A stretch of DNA of 64,000 bases from an uncultured Gammaproteobacteria bacterium (GCA_963748215.1 CAVVHS010000006.1:96001-160000), one strand, 5' to 3'; counted from the first letter of the stretch, positions 48,161-58,590 are shown. Program-made: numbers and translations. Notes: a model not told the origin generated them from the sequence alone.

Positions 48161-48351
48161 CCACCTTCCAATCACCGGCTGGGGTCTGGTCTGTCAGGGT
48201 TTGTCAGCACGGGTTGCAAATCACGACCAGCCAGGCAGCGAGACACAGGTAAATGTCGTCTTGTCCAAATTGTATTTCCCGGTCACCTTCCGGGCACGAT
48301 GCTGTTTCAGTTAACATGGGATGCCAATTCCGGCTACCCGGTGAATATGGA

Positions 48352-48951
48352 ATGACAGCTTCTTCGATGGAAAACTCCCGACACTCCTTCCTCACGCGCC
48401 TGTTTCACATGGCGCTGGCGACGGCGGTCATCGTTCAGGTGCTCTCGAGCCTGTTGATGACCGCGCCTCTGGAGGACAGGCAGGAGGACTGGCTGTTCGA
48501 GGTGCATGAATTCTCCGGCATCACGGCGCTGTTCCTGGTGGCGGGTTTCTGGCTGGTTGTGGCTCTCCGTCGCCGCGGCACACCTGTCGCCATTCTGTTT
48601 CCGTGGTTCTCGGCAACGGGACGCCGGGCGCTATGGGAAGACCTCGTTGATCACTGGCAACATATCAAGCGACTCGGGCTGCCGGATTTTCGTGCCGAGA
48701 GCCCGCTGGCTTGCGCCGTACACGGACTCGGTCTGCTCCTGGTAACAGCCATGGCTGCCAGCGGGGCGCTGTTTTTTCTCGCGATGATCCTCGAGGCCAA
48801 GACCAGCCTCTGGGCAACCATTGATATCGAGGTCCATCAGGTACTTGCAAACCTTGTCTGGGCGTATCTGATAGGCCATGCAAGCCTTGCCGTGATTCAG
48901 CACCATTTAAAGAATATGCGTCTCAGCGAGATGTGGTCGCTGCGGAAATGA
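48352..48951 (+). CDS. Cytochrome b561-like di-heme membrane protein
   Basis: RLFH, EVHEFSG, EVHQVLANLVWAYLIGHA. Confidence 0.8.
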   Translation: MTASSMENSRHSFLTRLFHMALATAVIVQVLSSLLMTAPLEDRQEDWLFEVHEFSGITALFLVAGFWLVVALRRRGTPVAILFPWFSATGRRALWEDLVDHWQHIKRLGLPDFRAESPLACAVHGLGLLLVTAMAASGALFFLAMILEAKTSLWATIDIEVHQVLANLVWAYLIGHASLAVIQHHLKNMRLSEMWSLRK

Positions 48952-49056
48952 ATGTAATGCTGCCCCGTTCTGCCACTGTAAGCAAATCGGCATACTGGCT
49001 CGAAGACGCGACTTGACGCGCGCTTTCGCCGTCTTCGTTCTACAGTGCCTACACAG

Positions 49057-49325
49057 GTTCGCATCACCTGCATACAGTACGTAGGGTGCGTTTCACGCAC
49101 CGTTAATGGTGCGCATAGCGCACCCTACACCGGCTCTACCGTACTTCCATGTGTTCGCACCACCTGCATACAGTACGTAGGGTGCGTTTCACGCACCGTT
49201 AATGGTGCGCATAGCGCACCCTGCACCGGCTCTAACGTACTTCCATGAGTTCGCACCACCTGCATACAATACGTAGGGTGCGTTTCACGCACCGCTAATG
49301 GTGCACATAGCGCACCCTGCACCGG
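49057..49325. repeat. Tandem array (96-bp period, ~2.8 units) of inverted GTAG-type REP doublets
   Basis: Units start at 49057, 49153 and 49249; each contains gtagggtgcgtttcacgcacc-N-ggtgcgcatagcgcaccct(a/g)c with minor variation. Confidence 0.9.
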
Positions 49326-49343
49326 TAATGGCCGCACGCAAGA

Positions 49344-50762
49344 TCAGCGCGCCTCGCGCAGTATGAGCGCGGCGAGCGCCTTGTAATCGCCGCCGAAGTG
49401 ATGGCCGCCGGACATTTTGTGTACCTTGAATTGTTGCGGGTCGAGATCGGGGCACAACGGCGCCGGTTCGTCCGCGCCGTAGATGCACAGCAGGTTGTCG
49501 TGTGCCAGTTTCTCAACCTCCGGTTTCACCTGATAGGAGGCATCCTTCATGCTGCCGGGCAGCCAGTCACTGACGCGGAACTCGAACTCGATGCCGTGCT
49601 CGGCACCGAGCAGTGCGATCAGTGATACACGGGCGAACAGTTCCGGCGGCAGGCGACTGGCCATGAACGGCAGCACGTCGGCGCCGCGCGAATAGCCGAT
49701 CAGCAGCACCTTGTCCATGTCCCAGGCTGTGAAGTAATGGCGCAGGATGTCCTGCAGCGCGCGCCCGATCTCATCCGGTGTGCGTTTGGTCCAGAAATAG
49801 TGCAGGGAATCGAGCCCGACCGTGGGGATGCCCTCGGTAGCCAGATTCTCGGCCAGGGATTTATCGATACTGGCCCAGCCGCCATCGCCGGAGATGATCA
49901 CGGCAAAGGTCTTGCCCGGCTGCTTGACGGGAACCTCGACCAGCGGCAGGTCCTTCAGCCCGGCGGGTGTGACGGATGCCGGTGGGTGCATACCGGCCAC
50001 CAGCTGCCTGAAGCTGTCCCGGAATTGCGGCATCCAGTTGCCCTGCACGGAAAAGCCATGGCCCACGCCTGGCAGGCTGACGAGCCGGGCCTGACCTGTC
50101 TGTGCGACGAACTTCGCAGTGGCAGCAGGGGCGCAGACCTGGTCACTGTCGCCCTGGAAGGCGATCCAGGGGGTCGGCAGCTCCGGTGCTGGCAGGAAGG
50201 AATACCCCTTGCCCTGTGGGCCGGTCGTAAACTTCAGACCACTGCCGCGGCACAGCGGTTTGCCCAGCGGCAGGTTGGGACAAAACCCCAGGCTGATGCC
50301 ACCATGGAAGGTGTTCGGCGGTGCCTGTGCCAAGGTGGCATACACCAGCGTGGCACCGGACGAATAACCGACCAGTACCGGCTCGACATAGTCAGGATAG
50401 CCATAGTGTTTTTGCAGGAACTGGCTCAGGCCCTCGAAATCCGCCGCCGGGTAGCTGCAGGCATCCTTGTCGGTCGCCAGTCGCTTGAGATAGGCGGTGA
50501 CATCGATGCCGGCGACCAGTGCATCCAGGCCGGCCAGCGCCCGGGCCATGTCGATCACGCCCGGATTCCAGCCGCCATCACCGGAGACAAACAGCACCAC
50601 GTGTTTGGGTTGTGCCGAATTGCGATAGATATGGACGTCTCCGAATCGCCCAAACTGGAATGTTTCCTCCGGCAGTGGTCCTGAGCAGGCCGTGGCGTTC
50701 ACGAGTGCGGTCAGGATCAGGAGGTTCAGGAGATGCCGGTAAGCCATTCGAGTGGTATTCAT
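49344..50762 (-). CDS. acvB: AcvB/VirJ-family aminoacyl-phosphatidylglycerol hydrolase
   Basis: Two alpha/beta-hydrolase modules: SGDGGW...GYSSG and SGDGGW...GYSRGAD; GGHHFGGDY. Confidence 0.85.
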   Translation of the reverse strand: MNTTRMAYRHLLNLLILTALVNATACSGPLPEETFQFGRFGDVHIYRNSAQPKHVVLFVSGDGGWNPGVIDMARALAGLDALVAGIDVTAYLKRLATDKDACSYPAADFEGLSQFLQKHYGYPDYVEPVLVGYSSGATLVYATLAQAPPNTFHGGISLGFCPNLPLGKPLCRGSGLKFTTGPQGKGYSFLPAPELPTPWIAFQGDSDQVCAPAATAKFVAQTGQARLVSLPGVGHGFSVQGNWMPQFRDSFRQLVAGMHPPASVTPAGLKDLPLVEVPVKQPGKTFAVIISGDGGWASIDKSLAENLATEGIPTVGLDSLHYFWTKRTPDEIGRALQDILRHYFTAWDMDKVLLIGYSRGADVLPFMASRLPPELFARVSLIALLGAEHGIEFEFRVSDWLPGSMKDASYQVKPEVEKLAHDNLLCIYGADEPAPLCPDLDPQQFKVHKMSGGHHFGGDYKALAALILREAR

Positions 50763-50805
50763 TTACGTTTTCCCGGTAACACTGAAAATGGATAGGACGA
50801 TGCGG

Positions 50806-51450
50806 CTAGACGCCACGGTCGATCCGGTGCAGGGCGGTGATCATCACCAGCGTTCCGGCCAGCAGCCAGAGCGGACCGAACAGCCACAGGGCCAGGGGGA
50901 TGGCCAGGTAATAGGCACGCATACCCAGCGTGTAGTGAATGCCGCCCCGGTCGAGGATGGTGGCGACATCCTCGACCGATATGTCGGGATGCATGTCCGG
51001 CGGCAGGTTGATCATGAAACAGGTGTGGTTGTAGTAGCGCACGGCGAGGGTGAAGTTGAAAAATGCAAACAGGAAGTCGACGCCCAGCAGGATGAGCTTG
51101 CCGATCCACAGCCCGGGGTGATCACTGCCGAAATGGCTGATCAGCAGCGACAGCTCGCCCTGCTTGTCCGCGGTCACCGCCAGGTTGAATATGCCCAGCC
51201 CGATGAGGATCGCGGTGGACGCCAGGAAGGTGGCCGCCATGGTCCAGTTACGCAGGGTCTGCACGGCCAGGATATCCCGGTTGTCCCGCATCATGGCGTG
51301 CACCCACAGCGTACGGACGCGTGCGGCGAGTCCCATCGAGGTACTCAGCGGATCATGCCGGACCTTGTGGTACAGGTGGACATGGTAGATCACCAGCAGC
51401 AGCAATGCCGCCGGGCTCAGGCCGTATTCGATATGACTCAGAATTTCCAC
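50806..51450 (-). CDS. DUF599-family membrane protein
   Basis: ILAVQTLRNWTMAATFLAST, AVRYYNH, GMRAYY, WLFGP; GTG start inferred. Confidence 0.8.
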   Translation of the reverse strand: MEILSHIEYGLSPAALLLLVIYHVHLYHKVRHDPLSTSMGLAARVRTLWVHAMMRDNRDILAVQTLRNWTMAATFLASTAILIGLGIFNLAVTADKQGELSLLISHFGSDHPGLWIGKLILLGVDFLFAFFNFTLAVRYYNHTCFMINLPPDMHPDISVEDVATILDRGGIHYTLGMRAYYLAIPLALWLFGPLWLLAGTLVMITALHRIDRGV

Positions 51451-51466
51451 GTCGCGATTCCTGTCC

Positions 51467-54145
51467 TCAGTTCGATTTGAAGAAGATGCGCTGATAGCCG
51501 CCCGCAATCAATGCCGCGCTGTCGATCAGCAGCATGGGCAGGGGAGTAAGCAAGGGGTAGGCCAGGTAGGCGCTATGCCACTCGGGTTTGAACTTGTCCT
51601 TGAAGCTGCGCAAACCCTTGTAATTGTAGAAGCGGTTGCCGTACTCGTAGGCCAGGCGGGCAACACGCTCGCCGGCGCGTGCGTAGCGTGTTTCGCCGAC
51701 ACCGACCAGCGGCGCCATCCCCAGGTTGAAGTAGTGATAGCCCTGTGCCTGCGCGTACAGGATCAGTTCGGCAAACAGCAGGTCCATGGTGCTGTGCGGT
51801 GCATTCGGGTGATGCCGCATGAGATCGATGCTCAATTGCGAGCGACTGCCGTAGTCCGGCATCAGGTTGGCGAATGCGACGATGCGCTCGTTCACCCTGA
51901 TCACGGCAATGGGACTGCGTGCCAGGTAGACTTCATTGTAATTGCCTAGCGAGAAGCCTTTTTCCGCCACGCTGCGTTCCTGCAGCCAGGCATCGGAGAC
52001 GGTGCGCAGTTCCGACCACAGCGCCTGGTCCAGTGGCTGCTCGAGTAACTCGAATTGCGCGCCGTCACGCCTGGCACGGTTGACGCCATGACGCAGTGCT
52101 TCACCGCGCTTGCCCGACAGGGTGAAGTTTTCCAGCCTGACCATGGCTGTTTCACCCAGTTTGAACAGGGCAAAGCCGGCATCATGGAAGCGGTGCATGT
52201 GCGACTCGCTGATTTCATAGAAACAGGGTGTCAGGTCGTGCCGGTCAGCGTAGTCGCGAAAGGCGATGATCGCGGCATCGAACGCCGCCGGATCGCCGCA
52301 GGGATCACCCAGTGCAAACAGGCGGTCGCGCATCAGGCCGTATTGAATGAACGCCTTGTGGTCGGGAGACCACAACAGGTACTTGTCGCCGAGAAACACC
52401 AGGTGGGCGAATTCACTGCCGCCGTACTGGTTCAGCACGGCTTCCGCCTCGGCCAGTGCCCCGATATCCGGCCTGGCGGGCACGACCTGCGGGCGTTTGT
52501 AGAATGACCAGCCGATGAACGCAGTGGCCGCTGCCGCGGCAATGAGCAGGCCGCGCGCAAAACGCGGCGCCTCCAGCGACGGGGCGAAGCGTGACAGATA
52601 CTCCCATCCCCAGGGTATCGTGCCGTGGACCCAGTCACCGAGCCAGGCAAAAGCGATGACGGCGATGACCAGTCCCGCCAGCCACAGCAGGCTGCGTGCG
52701 CCGAGCAGCGGATAACTGTCACGGTAAAAGCGGCTGCGCTGGCGCCTGAGCAGCAGTGCAACTATGAGCAGGATCGAGGCCTCTTCGTAATCGATGCCCT
52801 TGATAAAGCTGAGCAGGGCGCCGCTGATGAGCAGGACCTGGGTCAGGGTGTAGGCACTGCGCACCTGTTCCGCGATGCCGCGCGACAACGCGATCAGCAG
52901 CACGCCGGTGGCCACCGACAGCATGTGCGAAATCTCCATGGCGGCGGGTGGCAGGTAGCGTTGCAGGATAACGAGGCGGTCCGCCAGGGTGGGAAAGGCG
53001 GCGGAGGCGAGCAGCACCACACCGCCGCCGAAGGTCAGGTAGGCCAGTATCCGCACGCCGAGCGAGGCCAGCACATTGAGCGGCAGGCCCAGCAGGTCTG
53101 CCAGCCGGCTTTCGCGCCACTGGCGCACCAGCGCCACACGCTGCCAGGCTTCCGGGAGCATCAATTTGTCCGCGCCCAGATAGACGGCAATCAGCCAGGG
53201 CACCAGGTAGTAGCACAGGCGATAGACGAGCACGCCCGAGACCAGGTGTTCCGGGCTGCGGGCAAATGGTGCCAGCAGGACCACCAGCGCGGTGTCGAAG
53301 ACACCGAGGCCGCCGGGGATCAGGCTCAGGATCCCCAGCGTGGAGGCCAGTACAAAACCGGCAAGAAACTGTGGCCAGGGTACGGCGGCATTGCCGAATT
53401 CGAGCGCAATCCAGGCCGTGGCAGCCGCCAGCAGCCAGTCCAGGGTCGAGATGGCGATCAGCGCTGCAAGCGAGGTTCCTGGCTGCGGTCGAAGGTCGTG
53501 CAGCAGGCGCGAGAACAGGCCCTTGTACAGCGCAAGTACATACATCGGGAGATACATCGCGAACGCGCCGAGCGCCAGCCAGGCAGCCCAGACCGGGACG
53601 GGTAGCCGATCGAGTCCCGGTCCGACGCCGAGCAGCAACGGCCAGCTCAACACGGCCAGGCCGGTCGGTACCGAGGCCATGATCAACGCGGAAAACGCGG
53701 CGGCACGCCGGGTCTCGACCTGTTCACGTCCCAGCAGCAACAGGCGGATGCCCGAGCCCGCCAGGCCCGACAGGCCGATCAGGTTGTTGAACGCATTGGC
53801 GATCCAGGCGTTACGAACCAGCGTGCGCAGCGGCAGCCGGATAGCGAAGCTGCGTGCCGCGTGCCAGTCATACAGGCTCATGGCCAGTACCCCGGTCAGG
53901 GCGACGAGCTGGATGAGCAACAGGTGGGGGAGGGTGAGCGCCTGCAGACCGGCGCGCACGGCATGAATATCCAGGCCGTGCAATTCACGGCCGGCCAACA
54001 CGGCGACCAGTACCAGGAAGACTGCCGGCAGTGCGCGCCGAATCCAGCGCAGGCGCTGCGGCTGCGTTGCGTCGCCTGTATCGCCGGGTTCCGGGTGTTG
54101 CCCTGATCCGATCCCGCCTTCGAGTTCAGTTTCTTTTTGCGTCAT
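51467..54145 (-). CDS. mprF: Bifunctional aminoacyl-phosphatidylglycerol flippase/synthase MprF
   Basis: PGGLGVF, LVYRLCYY, LGDPCG, EKGFSLG, IDLMRH, LGMAPL, GLRSFKDKF. Confidence 0.93.
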   Translation of the reverse strand: MTQKETELEGGIGSGQHPEPGDTGDATQPQRLRWIRRALPAVFLVLVAVLAGRELHGLDIHAVRAGLQALTLPHLLLIQLVALTGVLAMSLYDWHAARSFAIRLPLRTLVRNAWIANAFNNLIGLSGLAGSGIRLLLLGREQVETRRAAAFSALIMASVPTGLAVLSWPLLLGVGPGLDRLPVPVWAAWLALGAFAMYLPMYVLALYKGLFSRLLHDLRPQPGTSLAALIAISTLDWLLAAATAWIALEFGNAAVPWPQFLAGFVLASTLGILSLIPGGLGVFDTALVVLLAPFARSPEHLVSGVLVYRLCYYLVPWLIAVYLGADKLMLPEAWQRVALVRQWRESRLADLLGLPLNVLASLGVRILAYLTFGGGVVLLASAAFPTLADRLVILQRYLPPAAMEISHMLSVATGVLLIALSRGIAEQVRSAYTLTQVLLISGALLSFIKGIDYEEASILLIVALLLRRQRSRFYRDSYPLLGARSLLWLAGLVIAVIAFAWLGDWVHGTIPWGWEYLSRFAPSLEAPRFARGLLIAAAAATAFIGWSFYKRPQVVPARPDIGALAEAEAVLNQYGGSEFAHLVFLGDKYLLWSPDHKAFIQYGLMRDRLFALGDPCGDPAAFDAAIIAFRDYADRHDLTPCFYEISESHMHRFHDAGFALFKLGETAMVRLENFTLSGKRGEALRHGVNRARRDGAQFELLEQPLDQALWSELRTVSDAWLQERSVAEKGFSLGNYNEVYLARSPIAVIRVNERIVAFANLMPDYGSRSQLSIDLMRHHPNAPHSTMDLLFAELILYAQAQGYHYFNLGMAPLVGVGETRYARAGERVARLAYEYGNRFYNYKGLRSFKDKFKPEWHSAYLAYPLLTPLPMLLIDSAALIAGGYQRIFFKSN

Positions 54146-54166
54146 GGGTTTGATTCAGGGTTATGC

Positions 54167-54736
54167 TCATGAAGCGCTGTGTGTGGAGCGCCGCCGCCGG
54201 TACCAGTGCACCAGCCAGAGCAGGGTGCCGACTCCGATAATTGACGCCATCAGCGCGAGTTCATAGTGCTTGATGTCGCCCACCAGCACTTCCACGGCCT
54301 GGCCAAAATAGTAACCGGCGAGACCAAAACAGATGGCCCAGATGCCGGCGCCGAGCAGGTTGAGCAGGGAGAAGCGCAACCAGGAAACGTCACTCATGCC
54401 GATTGCGATGGGTGTCACCGTGCGCAGGCCATACAGAAAGCGGAACCCGAGGATAAGCAGCATCTGGTGTCGCTCCAGTTTATCCAATACCCGGTCCATG
54501 CCTGCAAGCCAGGCCGGGTGACGCGCCAGCAGGCCCTTGCCATGGCGCCGGCCGAGAAAGAAATAGAGTTGATCGCCGAACAGTGTTCCGCAAAATCCAC
54601 ACGCAATCACCCAGTCCAGCGACAGGTAACCCAGGTGCGCAACGACACCGCCCAGCACCATGACGGTTTCGCCTTCCAGGAAGGTGCCGACGAGGAGGAT
54701 CGGGTAGCCATAGCTTGTCAGCAATGATTCCAGCAT
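54167..54736 (-). CDS. DedA-family membrane protein
   Basis: GTFLEGET, GDQLYFFLGR, FRFLYGLR. Confidence 0.88.
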   Translation of the reverse strand: MLESLLTSYGYPILLVGTFLEGETVMVLGGVVAHLGYLSLDWVIACGFCGTLFGDQLYFFLGRRHGKGLLARHPAWLAGMDRVLDKLERHQMLLILGFRFLYGLRTVTPIAIGMSDVSWLRFSLLNLLGAGIWAICFGLAGYYFGQAVEVLVGDIKHYELALMASIIGVGTLLWLVHWYRRRRSTHSAS

Positions 54737-54921
54737 GATGGATAAAGCTTAACCCCCATCGATGCTTGTGAATACTCTCCAATTCTTCATATGCCAGGTT
54801 GGCTGGATTAACTCGACTGCCGCCCGGTTGCTTATGATTCTTTTTTACGGAATGTTTACGGGTGCTGTTACAGGGTGTCGGGTTGCAGGCTATCCTGCCA
54901 CTACGCAGCTGAACAGCCAGG

Positions 54922-55927
54922 TGTAGGGTGCGTTTTACGCACCGGCAGCGGTGCACGAAGTGCAGCCTACAAAAAATAATGGCCACGGAATCCACGGAAG
55001 AACACGGAAAAATAATCCTACCTCCTTCAGGCACACAAGAGCCGGTACATGAAGGAGCGCATCTCGTGCGCGATGATAATGGCCACGGAACCACACGGAA
55101 GGACACGGAAATGCGACCGTAGGGTGCGTTTTACGCACCGGGAACGGCGCCCGGGGTGCCTCCTGCAGCTGACGTGGGGCGTGAGAGGTGAGACGTGAGA
55201 CGTGAAAAGAAAAATGGCCACGGAAGCACACAGAAATACACGGAAAGGATGTAGGATGCACTCTGTGTACCATTGAGTAAGACGTGAAAGGTGAAACGTG
55301 AATTATGGGCGCGATGATAATGGCCACGGAATCCACGGAATAACACGAAAAAATTAATCAGCCACGGGGCGTAGGGTGCGTTTTACGCACCGGGAACGGC
55401 GCCCGGGGTGCCTCCTGCAGCTGACGTGGGGCGTGAGAGGTGAGACGTGAGACGTGAAAAGAAAAATGGCCACGGAAGCACACAGAAATACACGGAAAGG
55501 ATGTAGGGTGCACTCTGTGTACCATTGAGTAAGACGTGAAAGGTGAAACGTGAATTATGGGCGCGATGATAATGGCCACGGAATCCACGGAATAACACTC
55601 CTAAAAATTAATCAGCCGCGGGGTGCAGGGTGCGTTTTACGCACCGGGAACGGCGCCCGGGGTGCCTCCTGCAGCTGACGTGGGGCGTGAGAGGTGAGAC
55701 GTGAGACGTGAAAAGAAAAATGGCCACGGAAGCACACAGAAATACACGGAAAGGATGTAGGATGCACTCTGTGTACCATTGAGTAAGACGTGAAAGGTGA
55801 AACGTGAATTATGGGCGCGATGATAATGGCCACGGAATCCACGGAATAACACGAAAAAATTAATCAGCCACGGGGTGCAGGGTGCGTTTTACGCACCGGG
55901 AACGGCGCCCGGGGCGCCTCCTGCAGC
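54922..55927. repeat. Composite tandem array: 252-254 bp units built from REP, CGTGA and CCACGGAA modules
   Basis: Near-identical units start at 55119, 55371, 55625 and 55877 (partial); a REP doublet and CCACGGAA modules precede them at 54922-55110. Confidence 0.92.
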
Positions 55928-56170
55928 GCTGTTGCCTGCGGACGACTCACATCACGTCACGCGCACCTGATCATCGGCCAATGGCCAGGCAGCGCCATGC
56001 GGCGGCGTCGGTACAGGGTCAGGCGTTTTATTGATGCTTGTCATTGCATCCTGCACAGCGCCGTCCACAATGACAGTTGACTCCCGATGCGCTATGTACA
56101 ACTTGATCCGGGCAGCCGCGCAGGCTATTGGCTTGCACTGTATTGTTATCGACAGCAACCGCGACAGAGG

Positions 56171-56548
56171 ATGAACCACATGACAACAGACATCGATCCG
56201 GTACTGGGTACCTGGTACCGGCACCTCGACAAGGGGCAGGAATTCTGCGTCGTCGCTATCGAGGACGCCGACGGCGTCGTCGAAATCCAGCATTTCGATG
56301 GCAGCATCGAGGCCATTGACCCGGATGCATGGTACGAGCTGGACATCGAAACGACGGAGGCACCGGAGAACTGGGCCGGCGCGCTCGATATCGCCGAACG
56401 CGACGATCTCGGCACGGAGGTCACCGATACCAGCGCCGCGGACTGGCGTGCGCCGCAACAGGAACTCGGACATACCGTCGGCAACGAGGCGCTGATCGCC
56501 GACGAGGCAGAAGAGTGGGAAGAGACGTCGCGGGAGGGCGAAGAATGA
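56171..56548 (+). CDS. Acidic conserved hypothetical protein (DUF6763-like)
   Basis: PVLGTWY...FCVVAI...VEIQHFDG...APENWAGALD; AGAGG RBS. Confidence 0.65.
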   Translation: MNHMTTDIDPVLGTWYRHLDKGQEFCVVAIEDADGVVEIQHFDGSIEAIDPDAWYELDIETTEAPENWAGALDIAERDDLGTEVTDTSAADWRAPQQELGHTVGNEALIADEAEEWEETSREGEE

Positions 56549-56567
56549 CACAAGCCGGGAGACAGTC

Positions 56568-56957
56568 ATGCTGACACAAGATCAGACCAGTGAATTCAGG
56601 AGGATCCTGAAACAGCGTTTCCTGGAGGAGCGCGAACAGGTTCGCCAGGCCCTGTTGCAATCGGACCAGCAAAGCCATGCGGAACTCGCCGGAGAGGTTC
56701 ACGACAGCGAGGAGGTCGCGCTGGCGGACCTGCTGGTCGATGTGGCGCTGGCCGGCATCGATCGGCATATCGTTGAAATCCGCGCTATTGACGCCGCCCT
56801 GCTGCATATCGCGCAAGGCAGTTACGGGGTCTGTACCGATTGTGGTGAGGCGATCGACCTCCAGCGTCTGCGGGCGGCCCCGACGGTGCAGCGCTGCGTA
56901 CCCTGCCAGACCCGTTACGAAAATCGCGACCGGACGCTGCACAACACATCGCTGTGA
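56568..56957 (+). CDS. TraR/DksA-family C4 zinc-finger protein
   Basis: Coiled coil, then GSYGVCTDCGEAI..RL.A.P..RCVPCQ. Confidence 0.85.
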   Translation: MLTQDQTSEFRRILKQRFLEEREQVRQALLQSDQQSHAELAGEVHDSEEVALADLLVDVALAGIDRHIVEIRAIDAALLHIAQGSYGVCTDCGEAIDLQRLRAAPTVQRCVPCQTRYENRDRTLHNTSL

Positions 56958-57132
56958 GTGCCGGCAGTCCCGTCGGGTCATCGTGAGTTGCGCGCACGAC
57001 CCGCGGAGGTCAGGTACTGGCGTCGCTGCAGCGCCATTCCGGCGCCGGTCGTTGCGACGAATCGATGCGCTTCAGCTGCGCGTCGCTCCCGATGCACGGG
57101 GGCCGGCTGGCCGGCCCGGTGTGTAATGCGGG

Positions 57133-58590
57133 CTAGCTCCCCAGCGTAATCACCCGGATCAGGTCGGTGCCGCCGGCCTGCTGGTGGTGGCCGGCCGTCG
57201 ACACCACGATGTCGCCGGCCTGCAGGTAGCCCAGCGCCTTGCCCTGTTCGATGGCGAAGTCGAGACGCGCCCGGTCACCGGGTTCGCCGTTGTAGAGGAT
57301 GGGGATGACGCCCCAGTTCATGGCCAGCTTGCGTGCCACCCGGGTGGACGAGGTAATGGCGAGAATGGGAATGTCAGGGCGGTATTTCGAGATGAGTCGC
57401 GAGGTGAAGCCGGTCTCGGTCAGGCTGATGATTGCCGCTGCCTTGAGGTGCGTGGACATGCTGACCGCGGCCTGGCTGACGGCCTCGGTCACCACGTTCG
57501 AGGGATTCGGCTTGATGCGCTGCAGGTAGCCGTAATCACCCAGCGAGGCCTCCGCGCGCCGCGCGATGGTGGCCATGGTGATGACGGCCTCCACCGGGTA
57601 CTTGCCGACGGCGGTTTCGCCCGACAGCATGACGGCCGAGGTGCCGTCCAGGATGGCATTGGCGACGTCGCTGGCCTCGGCCCGGGTCGGTTTCGGGTTG
57701 TGTTCCATCGAGGCCAGCATCTGCGTGGCGGTGATGACGGGTTTGCCTTCGGCCACGGTGGTGCGAATGATGAGTTTCTGCGTGGCGGGGACATCGGCCA
57801 GCGGCAGCTCCACGCCCATGTCGCCGCGCGCCACCATGATGCCGTCAGCGGCGCTCACGATTTCCTGCAGGTTGGCGACGCCGGCCTTGTTCTCGATCTT
57901 GGCGATGATGGGAATGTTGACGCCTTTCTCGATAAGGATTTCGCGCATCTTGTAGATGTCGTCGGCGGACTGGATGAAGGACGCGGCGATGTAATCGACA
58001 TCGTTCTCGGCCGCGAATCCCAGCTCCCGCACCACATCCTCGCGGTTTTCCGGGCTGACGGCGCTCAGCGCCAGCCGGGTCTCGGGCAGGTTTACGCTCT
58101 TGCTGTTGCCCAGCCAGCCGCCATGGACGACCCGGCAGTTGATGGCGCTGCCGTTGACGCCGGTAGCCACCAGCTCGATGGCGCCGTCATCGATCAGGAT
58201 CTGTGTGCCGGCACTGACTTCCTCGGCCAGCTTTCGGTAGGTGACCGACACGCCGCTGGCATCGCCGGTACGCTTCTCTGTTGACAGGGTGAAACTGGCG
58301 CCCGGCAGCAGCTCGACCGGCCCGCCATCCAGTATGCCGGTGCGGATCTCGATGCCGCGGGTATCGATCATGATGGCGATGTTGATGCCGACCTGTTCGG
58401 CCGCTTCGCGCAGCAGCACGATCTGTTCCTTGTGTGCCTCAAGGCTGCCATGCGAGAGGTTCAGGCGCGCCACGTTCATGCCGGCCCGGATCATGGCGGC
58501 GAGTTTGTCCAGCGAACTGCATGCCGGTCCGATGGTGGCGACGATCTTGGTTTTGCGCTGGCTGGAGAGGCCGGTTGTGGAGTTGGTCAT
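57133..58590 (-). CDS. pyk: Pyruvate kinase
   Basis: KTKIVATIGP, ARLNLSHG, IIAKIEN, MVARGDMG, TRAEASDVANA, MLSGETA. Confidence 0.96.
   Translation of the reverse strand: MTNSTTGLSSQRKTKIVATIGPACSSLDKLAAMIRAGMNVARLNLSHGSLEAHKEQIVLLREAAEQVGINIAIMIDTRGIEIRTGILDGGPVELLPGASFTLSTEKRTGDASGVSVTYRKLAEEVSAGTQILIDDGAIELVATGVNGSAINCRVVHGGWLGNSKSVNLPETRLALSAVSPENREDVVRELGFAAENDVDYIAASFIQSADDIYKMREILIEKGVNIPIIAKIENKAGVANLQEIVSAADGIMVARGDMGVELPLADVPATQKLIIRTTVAEGKPVITATQMLASMEHNPKPTRAEASDVANAILDGTSAVMLSGETAVGKYPVEAVITMATIARRAEASLGDYGYLQRIKPNPSNVVTEAVSQAAVSMSTHLKAAAIISLTETGFTSRLISKYRPDIPILAITSSTRVARKLAMNWGVIPILYNGEPGDRARLDFAIEQGKALGYLQAGDIVVSTAGHHQQAGGTDLIRVITLGS

Noticed and set aside
49057-49325. Possible CRISPR array
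   Set aside because: The linkers between palindromes are near-identical rather than unique spacers; the structure fits REP doublets
54922-55927. Possible CRISPR array
   Set aside because: Whole 252-bp units are near-identical, there are no unique spacers and no cas genes; the small repeated ORFs here are by-products of the repeat
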